Source: Paraphysomonas bandaiensis
Lineage: Eukaryota; Protista; Chrysophyceae
Reading direction: 5' to 3'
Assembly (NCBI GenBank): GCA_965644295.1
Contig: CBFFRP010000431.1
Coordinates: 186,001-250,000, forward strand
DNA: 64,000 nucleotides
A program made the position numbers and the translations under genes. Below are positions 11,891 to 24,000 of the stretch, in pieces; positions within the stretch are counted from its first letter, which is position 1; every line of letters starts with the position of its first letter. Below the pieces are notes generated by a model. The model was not told the DNA's origin. It worked only from the letters and a program-made list of their open reading frames with translations, and did no database searches.

Positions 11891-13219
11891 TTATTCCTTT
11901 AAGGAATCAATCCAAGCTCTCCTTAGTCTTTCCCTTTCATCTTCAGACAAGAGTAAAACGGCTTCTGAGGACATTGCAATTTGAAGTCTCCTAGTTTTTA
12001 ACGCTTTGGCCTCCTCATCATATAAACGCTTCTTGCTCATAGCATAGTCGATTTGGGTTGAAAGTAGTTGCATTTGCCTCTGAGCATACTCCGATTCGTT
12101 GTATTGAGGTGAAGATGACAGTAACCGTTTAACTGCTAAAATCTCCTCTACGTCCTCCTCCGTGAATGTCTCGTCATCATCACAACTTTCCACTTCTGAG
12201 CGTACAGGAGACACTGGTCTTAATCCCATTGAACTGCAAGATGCTGACATCTCCAGACGCCTGCTTCCGAAGTAAGTAGACTTTGATTCCCACACAATGA
12301 AGCAATAAAATAGAGGAATATTTTTAGAACGGCCGCGAGAACCTGACACCTATTGTATTAGGTAAGCGTGGTATCATCAGCTGTACTTACCAATAAAATG
12401 GTCAAAACATCTTACTCTTCGAGCTACGAGTCCTTCCGGTTCGGCTGGCCCAGATGAACCAAGTCTCTGGATTAAAGTATCATGTAAATTGCGATAACGA
12501 GTTCGCAACTCAAATAATTCTTTAGCACTAGTAAAAGATGTCAAATGCGGATGAATATTTGCCAATGCAAGAGCTGCTTCGGAACCCACGCATTCCTCAC
12601 TAAATATACAGCTATCAATGTCATCTTTGATAGCGTTTGCAATTGATATCAGCTGTTCACCAATTACAGTCCTCCATCCAGATATACCGTCCGTATCAGT
12701 GGGATCTTCAGTGTCTAATTGTCTCCAAAATTGTTCAGCCTCAGGTGCCACAAGTAGCCATGCAAATAATGCAGTCTTGTTCGCGTGTGCATTGCCTGAA
12801 CTCACCGGATTTCTGCCTCTTACCAACTTGTTGAAAGGTAACAAAAGAGCCGATTTAAGCATACGTAAATGAACATCATTACTTGTGGCAGTTCGTAACG
12901 CCTCTTCAAAACATGCTTTTTCTTCAATATTAAATTTTAATACATTGATTGAAAATTTTTGGGTAATAATTTTAAATCTTTTAATATTTTTATAATTCTG
13001 ATTGTGCTGTTGGTTCTTCCGGTCATTGAGACCGTTTTCGGTAATGATTCCAAACCCGTTATAAAATCAGAACTACAATTTATAGGTAGTTTATTGATTT
13101 TATGTATATATGTACGTACTTCAGTTGGATCAGTTGTGTCTATTATTAAGGGGTTGGTTTCATCAGAATCAATAGATTCATCTTCACTAAGATCATCAAA
13201 ATCAGATGGTATATCCATT
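11891..13219 (-). CDS. Hypothetical protein, possibly TE-associated (Myb/SANT-like plus coiled coil), with an apparent frameshift
   Basis: Three consecutive minus-strand ORFs with an intron near 12340-12390. Acidic N-terminus, ELRTRYRNL..SSG..FDHF..LFYCF motif and C-terminal coiled coil. Frame break near the homopolymer at ~12955. Confidence 0.5.
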
Positions 13220-14060
13220 GGTTTGTTATTTTTCAAGTGATTTGTTAAGATGAGGTTAGTATATGGGTGTAATATGATGAATGTTCTTGTTCTTGTAATG
13301 TATGAAACTATGAGTATCTTCAGACCACATATTTCTGAGATTTCAGAGCAGTACGGAGGTATTTTGAAGGGTAGGTTTTCAAAAAGGTAGGATTTTAGGG
13401 TAGGATTTTAGGTAGGTTTTGTTTGTTAAGAATGAGTGTACATGAATCCTATCCTCTATTTACAATCAAAACTGGGGAAAACAGGGTTTGAGTTTATAGT
13501 ACACCAGTACACTATATATATAAAGTATACACGAATTTTCTGCAATAAAAAATAGGACAATTTCCCCTGCAGAACCCTTTCAACGTCAGTTGATGGTTCT
13601 TATTCAACTTATCATTTCTATAAAACCCCTAATTTTCGAACATAATATCAAGAATTTTTGTTATTATCCAGATATTTTTACTGCAATTAGGTAAACATTG
13701 TTAGTATAATATGTACGCATGCTCATATGTACGCATGCTCATACATCAGCTCTGTATATACTAGTAGCTTATATATATATATATGGATGGAAGACTCTGA
13801 GTAGAGTTTACTAGACGAGACAAGAGATATCAGTCATGTATTAACTGAACACAACATCACATACAGTGTATTAGATCAAAGTCATTCATATCTTCCAATA
13901 GTTTTATTATTAACTACAACACTCCTATATATACATACATAGATATCAACTATCATGAATATCATACAAGTGATTAGATAGTAACATGGATTTATATCAA
14001 CATTCAGATTATATATTTGACTAAGAGATCATTCATTCATTTGAATATATACACCATACA

Positions 14061-17000
14061 ATGGATGGGTCTTCCGCATCATATGAAAATACACTCAAAT
14101 CTTTTTGTCCCAAACTATTAATCTCAAAGTTAAGACACAGACGTCATCGAAGATTAAAAGTAGAAGGAAAAATGATTAAAGCAGCTGTATTACTAGCTGA
14201 TATATCAGGATTCACAAAGCTTTCTGGAGATCTTTGCTTGAATGGGACACATGGATTGGATGACTTAAGACAGGCGACGAGCAGTTTTCTCAGTAAATTT
14301 ATTTCTATAGTATATGCATATGGTGGAGATGGTGAGTGATCACAACTTTATATGACTGAGTAACGAAGATGTGCAGTGCTAGCATTTGCAGGGGATGCAC
14401 TGATATGTATGTTTTGGGTCCACGGTGGGAAAGATAGCGCCGAATATCATGATGTTTGTCGACAGGCTATAGAGTGCGGATATATCTTGAAAGACCATTG
14501 TACTGACAAACTGACTGCCCATATAGCTGTTAGTTTTGGCGAACTGTGCTTTGCATTCCTTGGGGGACATAATAATGACTGGGTGTATGTGGTAAGTGGA
14601 GAGTGCATGCTAGACCTTTCTCCGTGCATAGATGAGGCCATGCCTCGACAACTTGTGGTCTCTCCTGGATGTTATGTTGCGCTCCATCAGAGTGACATAT
14701 CACGTATTGGTGCCCGTCGTTTACCCTCTGGCAATATACTTATTGAGAGTATACGTGACTTAGACAAGGCTAATATCACTTCCGCTGTAGCGGAATCTTC
14801 GACCCGACCTGGTTTTATAAAACGATTTGGTTCCTCCATGGTCAGTGTTGCTAGCTCTGGCTTGGAAGTAGATGACGAAATGGAAAATTCAGTGACAAGT
14901 GAGGACCCTTCCACCGGCTACGTACAACACATACTAAAGTTTCTTCCACATCCGGTTGTTTCTTCTCTCTCAGCTGGGTATTTCCATGGCATGTCTGAGC
15001 TGCGGGTGGTTACTACCATGTTTTTGAAGCTAGATTCATACAATGTCGTGCTGCATAGAAATCTAACCAGTTTACAAAGATTCTTTAGTCGTGCACAAGA
15101 GGCTCTAGCGGCATCTGGTGGGTGCCTTCGGCAGTTCTTGATAGACGACAAGGGGTGTGTGATGATAGCTCTATGGGGTGTGCCGTCCGCCTCGTTCGCA
15201 AACAATTCAGCCAGAGCTGTCTATTGTGCATCGTCCATTTCTTGCATGGCCAGACAGTTGGACCATATATGCTCTGTTGGAATTACGACAGGGAGCGCAT
15301 TTTGCGGAACGATTGGCTCAGCACTGAGACAAGACTACACGGCCATAGGGAATTCTGTCAATATGGCTGCGCGGCTAATGGGTAAAGCTCGCGGAGGAAT
15401 ATTAGTGGACTATGCAACACAATCTACTCTTCCCGACATAGTTAAAACATATCTCGATATAAGTAAGCCCCTGCAACTTAAAGGATCTACTGAACCCGTT
15501 ACGCCGTTCGTCGTTCGCATGGAGGATCTTGATGGGGAAAGTCTAGAGGATTTATTCAACCGTGTCCTCAAGACGTTTTCTGCACATCAACGGGATGAGA
15601 CACTAGATAACCCGGAAAATAGTGATTCAGACTCTCATAGACCAATGGTCTACGCTGCCACAGACTCGCGTACTTTACGAACTAACCTAAATGAGGATAT
15701 TGTGGACAGTCTGCATCGTGCGATGGATGTACTATTAGAACGAGGATACGGAGGAAGTCAGCACCGACGGTCTTCTATGAGTGACAGATATTCTGATGAT
15801 GGATATGGAAATAAGATGCAGTGTATAGTGCTGGAGGGCAGTCAGGGCATGGTGAGTGTTCTGCTGTGTAATAAATAACGCTAACGCCTTGAGTGCAGGG
15901 AAAAACGGAAGTTGCGAAATATTTCAGAAAGCTCTCTCTGGATCTCAAGATTCGATGTTTCTCCATTCGAGCTCATGCGAATGAGGACAAGATAAACTAT
16001 GGAGTTATGCGCCGTCTCTTTACTACCATTGTAGGGGAAGACCTTCAAACTTCTAAAAATAGAAAAAATGCTTCTCTGGAGCTTCTGCGGCGCACGTATC
16101 CGTATCTCAGTGTAGATGACATTATTACTCTCAAATTCCCTGTTCTGAAGATGGCCTTGGGGTTGAAGTGGCACCTTTCGCTTCGTCGACCACCATTGCT
16201 GCCTCACCAATCACTCAATATAGACATAGGAGATGTGATGACTATGCGATCGACCTGTGCCAATCTATTAGTTGATATTATGGAAACACTATTGCAGGGC
16301 TGTCCATCAACTATTATCCTGGAGGATGCCCATTACTGTGATCAGCTCACGTGGAATACACTCCACGTCATGTCTAACACTCTCTGTGCACCCCTAACTG
16401 CTCTGATAACAGCCCGTAGGGTAAGCATTGAAGAGATGCTGATACCATCTCTCGTGCAATCTACACCCCGAGAGCTGCTTACATCTCCAACACATGGGGG
16501 TCTTTCGAGAGGTGGTAGTCGACTGAGGAAAGCACGAGGCTTTCGCATAAGGAAAACCCCTGTTATGATAGCAGTGGAGGCCCTTCTCTCAAGTGGTGAT
16601 GCTGACAGCAAGCACGCTAACTTTCGATTAGTGCTAACAGATATTACATTAGAGCAGACAAGAAGGATATTAGAACTGGTGTTGGAATCTTCTCAGGTAA
16701 CCATCCTGTGTAATGTGTTGAATAATGTATAACGTGGTTGCAGATTACTGATAGTTTTGTCGCTTTGGTGAATGAGGTCTCTACCAGGAATCCTTACTGG
16801 TGCAAGACCATCGCAGAATTTGTCAACCTTGTCGGTATTGAAAATTTTATGAAGAGTATAGAGAGCTGCGGTGCCTTGACAACCATATCTGATATTCGTG
16901 GTTCTGCCAGTGACGATGATATTGATTCCGATGAGTTTGAGTGTGAGGATATGGGGTCCTCGAATAAGTCGCGGTGCCCATCCAATTCAACCTATTTGCG

Positions 17001-17799
17001 CTTACTTGTGACTTGCATGATGGATAACCTCACGATCACAGAACAAATTGTTTTAAAGTTCTCCAGCGTAATTGGACAGCGTTTTGCCGGAATTTTATTG
17101 TACCGAATTCTTCCAGATGATACAAGATCTAGAAGCAAACACGCTTTGAACGTTCTTGTGAAGAGGAGGTTTATTGTTCGAATTCCTGGAGACACTCCGT
17201 TGTACTCGTTCCAGAACTCGTACATTAGGGAAGTTGTCTACAGTTTTATGCCTCCGAGTGATGCCGCTGTTTTGCATGCCAATATTGCCAGGGAAATTGA
17301 AGATATTTATTCTCCCGGACTTGAAAGCCATTATGATATGTGCGTCTCATATCATTTGATTGTTATTAGGTTTACGCTTTGTTTATGTAGGTTAATTTAC
17401 CACTCTTTAATGGGAATGCAGAAAAGTTCATTTGATAGTACTTTTGATGACGTTAACCAAAGGATGGAGGTTTCGAAGGAGTTAAAAAGGAAAGCGTTTA
17501 AGTACGCTATGAAAGCTGCTGCGCTCGCAACTGCAAATCATTGTCTGCACGATGCGATGGATTATTTACAATTTTCCGAATCTATCGCCGAGCTGCCAGA
17601 GCAATTAATAAAGATTGTCAGTGCTACAAATGATACTATGTCTGAATTACAAACAACCCTAATGAAGTCAGACTCGAAGGATTCCAATTTAGATTTTAAC
17701 GAGTGGGAGCCGGATGGGACTGAGTTGTCTGATTTCAGACAAAGGATACAGAAAAAGTTAATAATTATGTCAGAAGACAGTGGTGATGAGGAAGGATGA
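14061..17799 (+). CDS. Soluble adenylate cyclase, ADCY10/sAC type (tandem class III cyclase domains plus STAND P-loop NTPase)
   Basis: C1 motifs LADISGFTKLS and FAGDAL; C2 motifs FLIDDKG and GNSVNMAARLM. Walker A GSQGMGKT spans an intron; Walker B is IILEDAH. Winged-helix-like VIGQRF..YSFQN. Four short introns. Confidence 0.92.
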
Positions 17800-18459
17800 T
17801 ATGCACAAATTGTTTGATTACTTGCTGTCTATGTGTGGATGATTACGTTGTGATAGAAAGTTTTAACATACTGCAATATATGTATTAGAAATATGTATTT
17901 TTGTGTGTGCAGTAATTTTAAACTTTTTCGAAGCTCTTATTTACACTCTCCTGTTGTGCTATACAACAAGTATTTATCACCAATTATATATAATTATATA
18001 TTACAGTAGTATTGCAATTTCGAAGTGTATAGCTATATGCAACTGACTTAACTCCACGTTGTACGAAGCAGTACATATTCTGACTCCTACACGCCTATTG
18101 CTGATTGCTCATAATAAGACATTCACTACTTACTTCTATTCACACTTAGTATACTTAGTTATTTTATATTTACCTACTTACAATAGTAAAATATCATTTT
18201 ATGCACTAGTACCAACATTGCTTTTCAACAATATATACGAACTTGCTACAAACTACAAAGGACTCAAGTTCATGTGTAGGAGTTGGTTGTATTCGTACTG
18301 AACTTTTTGTCAACGCTTTATGTGTTTTTGGTCTGAATTGGGTTCGACAGTATGTTCAAACTAGCACCTGGAAGATATAGTAATTCAACTTCAACATTTA
18401 GTTTGAATATAAACTACTCCTATCTTAATTATGATATTAACAGTCCTTTGTATGTGACT

Positions 18460-18790
18460 TCAGTATATTACACTATTTAGGGAAACCACAATGATGAGCC
18501 AACAATCAAAAGCAGAACATCGAACACTCCATGTTGTATTCCATCTTTCGTCTGATATAGATGATCATTTTCTTCATAACCAGGAATTCGAAATAACTTC
18601 AGCAATATTACTGGAGAATTCGTATGCCACATCTTATGCTGAAGGTGATTTGGAGTAGTGGTACCCAGTCCTTTCAGAAATAGAATTGTGCTTATCAGAA
18701 TCGTGTGCACCATATCATACACACAGCATTTTATTCAGGGGCACTGGCAGAGGTTACGAGCGTATATATTAATATGAAGATGGTGCCGTC
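18460..18790 (-). repeat. Degenerate dispersed repeat (likely TE remnant), copy 1
   Basis: The reverse complement aligns with ~56345-56690 (shared AACCTCTGC, GGTTATGAAGA, ATATCAGACGAA, GAGTGTTCGATG, GTTGGCTCATCAT). Confidence 0.75.
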
Positions 18791-19672
18791 AACAACTACG
18801 AATTTCAATACCTTGCAGTTGCTACTCTCTCGGCACCATTATGTGGTAGGGGTAAAGAAATTTTCCCATGTACGATTGTTTGTTCCTATTAAGCGGTTTA
18901 ATCAATTATTCTGTTGCGATTTGCCCCTGATAGTGAAGATCCGAAGATCCTCTTTCTACAAATAGTGACATAGTTATAAAATGCATAGGAAAAATTTATT
19001 CAATTTGTAAAAATTGTTACTCTGAGTAACATCAGAATAAGCCATAGCCTGTACATATAATACACTCTCTCTTGTTATATTGGAAATTCCAAGAGGATAT
19101 GTGAGATGGATATGGAGATGGAGCGATATGCGTATGGATGGTTGTTGTATCAGCTACACATCTCAACTGCCAATATATACGTGAAAATACGTACCTACGT
19201 AATGAGCTGATATGTACAGCAGCAGTGTAGTGTATGCAGTGCAGCGGTACAATAGAGATGCATGCTGCTGCATATGATGTATATGTATGTATTATATATA
19301 GCTTGTCTTGGTGGGTGGTGCATCACCGGCATACGGTTGATACGGGCGTCAGTCCAGACCATTCCCACACTACCCCATCAATAAGGGAACAATATCCCTG
19401 TATTTCCACACAAAAATATCGCACTTCTCACAAAATATCCCTATTATTTTCATAAAGAATGATTATTGGTTTATATCCACGTCACCTTCACTACATCTCA
19501 CACCAATCAGCCACTCCCTCCATCACAGTCGACACACTCTGTCCAAGGTGTTCCTTTACATACATAGGCACATATAGGCACATATAGGCACATAGAGGCA
19601 CATGTACATACTCTCCTTATAATTTCATTATTAACTGCATTATCTCATATATAAACATACATCACAATTACA

Positions 19673-20213
19673 ATGAAAGATTTCAGACCATCTATACGTG
19701 TTCTTTATCGTGGGAATCTAATTGCTCTAACAGGAGCTAGTGGTGTTATTGTTTATAGCACTCATATCGGTAATAAACTATTAGGATGCTCATCGAGCTC
19801 AAGAGGACACAGTTTATCACAATATCTCAAATCTAGTACTGAAAAGGAATATTTTAATACATTTTTGAATCAGTTACATGAAGTTAACTTCGATATGAAG
19901 TCAAGTGATACCTGTACAGTACGTACAAGGTAACAGGACCCTCTCTCTATATATAACTAACTAACCGTATGTGTATAGGTGTGATATACCGATAGTCATA
20001 CAATCAAACAATATCGTTATGCATAAATGCATACAACAAAACATTATTAAGAAAGATATGGAAAATGACTGTCAGAATAGTTTATTGGCAGTAACTTATG
20101 GAACATCTTTTGATGAGATGAGTTTCAGTGATGCTTTTGAGTATGCTGCAGTGGAGTGGATGCCTGAGCAACCGTCTTTGTATAGTAGATCGACAAGTGT
20201 ACGTGTTCGATAA
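19673..20213 (+). CDS. Small two-exon hypothetical protein (~165 aa)
   Basis: A phase-compatible intron at ~19930-19978 joins the two ORFs. The AC-rich 5' leader resembles those of other genes here. Confidence 0.5.
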
Positions 20214-20619
20214 GTATATGTGTTCGGAATCTTTATATCAACACTTCCATATTCATGTTTGATATACATTCCGTTAAAATTGTTTTCTATACTGGCAAGT
20301 GCCTGTCGGTGTACGAGTTGATTTCGTGGTTTAAATATGTACTAGTACTGTTGTAGTGATTTTCGATTGTTATTCTTTTTATGTGATTTATTTTGTTGTT
20401 TTGCTACACTATTGCCTACACTAATGTTTATTAATAAATTACGACGAATTATCTGATCAATTATCGAAAACTATACATGGTAAGTTGTAATCTATAGGAA
20501 ATATTTTAACAATTCCCGCTACCTCGCATTAATTACGCTGGTTTGATTATCTTTTAGCGTAAAATTTGTTGTATTCAGTATTATATTATAGTTGTATGAT
20601 TAACTTATAGCTTCTATAG

Positions 20620-20884
20620 AATAAAGAATTGATCTTTATAATAGTAAAACAATGTTGTGATTATTAGAGTGTAAGTAATGAACACGATAGAGTGAAAATT
20701 ATGAATAACAATATAGAACGTACTATCATGCACAACGGAATAGTTAGAAGTGTAACTGATAATGACGACGTTATGATGACAATCACGTATCTTCGACAGA
20801 TACTCTCTCTAATTCAGTTCATGGTTTATTTCATTGAATATTATAACTCACAGATACAATCATGTATTAAGCTGAATCCTAATA
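20620..20884 (-). repeat. 3' LTR
   Basis: Direct repeat of 26095-26359, abutting the PPT. Confidence 0.96.
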
Positions 20885-21084
20885 CGCCCCCTCAATGAAA
20901 TAATCAGTGAACCGTAGATAATAGAGAGAATATGAACTTGTGCACACTGAGCGTAAAAACCAGAGTAGCAGTCACTATCCAATAACAAGCGAACTGCAGA
21001 GATGCTGTATTGTGAGACCATCCTTCTAGTCCAGCATCATGTATTGAATAAAAGTAAAAAAAAATGGTAAAAACTCCGTGTAAC

Positions 21085-24000
21085 TCAAACTAGCCACCTA
21101 GGTCGCTTGTGGCTTGTTAATTGTGATTTAGGGGTCTCTGATATTGTTGATCGCTTTCTGTTGTTGCTGGATGGGATGTCGAATCCAGCTCCCCCCATCA
21201 ATGTAGTTCGCAATTGAAGAAAATTAGTGGCTCCTAGTGGTTTCGTGAGAAGATCGGCTAACATTGACGTGGTGGGAATATGGTCAACAGTCAATTGGTT
21301 TTCGGCAATATTTTCTCGAATGAAATGATACCGTATCGCAATATGTTTCGTACGACGATGATGAGTAGGATTGTAGCATAATTGGACTGCCCCTTTATTA
21401 TCGCACCAAATAGTTGTTGAGAATGGAAGTTTGAAACCAATTTCTGATAATAAAGAGCGTAGCCATAATGCTTCCTGAGCTGCTGACGATAGAGCCATAT
21501 ACTCAGCTTCAGTAGATGACAATGCCACAGTTGTCTGTAATCGAGATTGCCATGATATAAGACAATTACCTATGAAGAATGTAAAAGCTGTAGTGGACCG
21601 TCGAGTGAGGTGACACCGTGCCCAATCGCTATCGCAGTATCCTGATAATGTTATGTGGGATCCAGAATATATCAATCCTTGCTTAGCAGTGCCTTTGAGA
21701 TACCTAAGAACATGTAACGCAGCATTACAGGTAGTTAGATTAGGCATATCAGAAAATCTGGCAAGAGTATTGACTGCATAAGCGATATCCGGTCGAGTGC
21801 ATACAGCTAGATACATCAGGGAACCTATGAGTTCCTTGTAGGGGAAATTCTGAACATAACTTTGATTTGACTCTGAAAGATGATTGTATTCATGTAAATC
21901 ATAGTTGAAAGACAGTAACATAGGTGTTGACATGGGTTTACTGTCGGACATGTTGAATTTGTCCAGTAGTTTTCTGACATACTGCTCCTGACTGAGAGTT
22001 GTGATATTTTTGTCAAAATCTTGATGAATGGAGATGCCCAAGTAATAATCTAGGAGTCCGAGATCCGTAATTTCGAACTTTTTGGATAAATGGTCTTTGA
22101 ATTGTTGGATATCAGTGTCGGATGTGGATGCTATAATAATATCGTCCACATACATGGCTATTAGCATAATCCTGCCATTAATCTGCTTTTTGAATATACA
22201 CGGGTCAGATATTAGTCTGGTGAAACCCATATCTAGCATAAAATTTGTACAGCACTTATACCAGTTAAGACCTGCTTGCTTTAGACCATAGATGCTTTTC
22301 ATCAGTTTGAGGACTTTTCCGTCAGGGACGTCCATGCCAGGAGGGGGATGCATGTATATGTCCTCTTCGAGGTCAGCATTGATGTACGCAGTTGTGAAAT
22401 CGATTTGGTGCAATTTGAGTTTCATAATAGTCGAAAGGGCAATAATTGTACGTAGTGATGTAGCCTTCGCGACGGGGCTGTATGTGTCATTGTAATCGAT
22501 GCCTTGGATTTGAGTAAAACCCTGTGCGACTAGTCGAGCCTTGAATTTGATATCATTCTGTTTTCTTTTTATTTTGAATATGAGTTTCCCCTTTATGGCT
22601 CTTGCTCCAGGTGGTAACGCAGTGTATCTCCAGCACCCTTTCCTCTGAAGAGTGGATATTTCTCTATTGATAGCATCGATCCACTGCTGTTTATATTTAC
22701 CTGAAATAGCATCTTGAACACTCTTTGGTGTATCGGTTAGCTCGTCAATGTCATCGCAATTACTGATAGCATGCATAACAATATCAATATTGTTTGTATG
22801 TAATTTTGATATACATTGTGTGTCATGTGCCATATGATTTACTACATGTTTAGCATTTACATCACATGTATATACACCATCACCAAGTTTATGTATATTT
22901 ACAATTACCCGTTTCCTGGCCATTCTCTTGCTTCGGAGAACACTCTTTTTACCAGCTAAAAATTGCTGTTTTGCTGTAGCACGGACCTTACTTGGCCCTT
23001 CAGGTGTATCCTGATTTTCCCAATCTCCCGATGAATCAGCAGGCTTGTTGCAGCGTTTGGCCACACGCTGACGCACACGATCCACTTGACCGTGTGGTGC
23101 CGGATTCGGCACTAGATTCCCATTGAATTTTTTCGGAGGGCGAGTCTTCGCTATCTTTGCATCGGAGTGGGTAGGTTCACACCGATGGCTGCTGATTCTC
23201 TCCTGCGCGGCATCATGATGTCTTAGATTCACGCCACTCCCCCTGGAAGTAGCGTCTGGCGCTGGAGATCCATTAACTGTATCGGGGTCTCGATCTGATT
23301 TGCTGGATTTATGTATTGGATTTTTCGATCGAGAAGTATTACATTTGAGACCAACTGCTTTGAGTTCAATGTAGTCTTCAGTATACTTTTCGACGTCTGC
23401 AGCATGAATGGGGTCTTCGAGCTGGATGAGTCGTGTCTTGTCACCGCTGTCGTCCACTAGACCACGATACGCTGCGATTAATCCTTTTCTGAGCTTTATT
23501 TGAGTCGTTACATATGTTAATCCATCGTCTGGATCTACATGAGCTAGACCTATGAGATATTTGAAACTTTCTACTGTCCTGGAGGTCTCATTCTCTCTGA
23601 AGATCTCATTTATCTCCTTAAAATATCTCTTATCCGCTGGTGGAACACATTCGTTGAAAAATACATGTCCTGATATAACAAAGTCTCTTAATGCGGGAAC
23701 GAAGACTATATATCCAGGACCATCCTCTCGATAGCCCATAAAATACCCAGGCCAGCTATGTCTGTCCCAATTGTTCTTTCGGAGACTGGAATCGATATTC
23801 ACAAAGCATTTACATCCCCATATTCTGGCATAACTCAAGTCTGGTATTTCGTTTTCGATAAACTGAAGTGGAGACATAAATCCTTTAGCTGTTTGACACG
23901 GTAACCTGTTCTTGATGTGTATTGTCGCCTTTGAGGCTTGTTCCCAGAAATTCGGTGGGAGTCCAGAGTCGATAAGGCTGCTGAGTGCTCGTTCTTTAGT

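Noticed and set aside
13385-13420. Interstitial telomere repeats
   Set aside because: Only one TTTTAGGG; the repeat unit is GGTAGGATTTTA.
20692-20898. ORF MKIMNNN.. (also 26167-26364)
   Set aside because: Lies antisense within the LTRs and has no coding signature.
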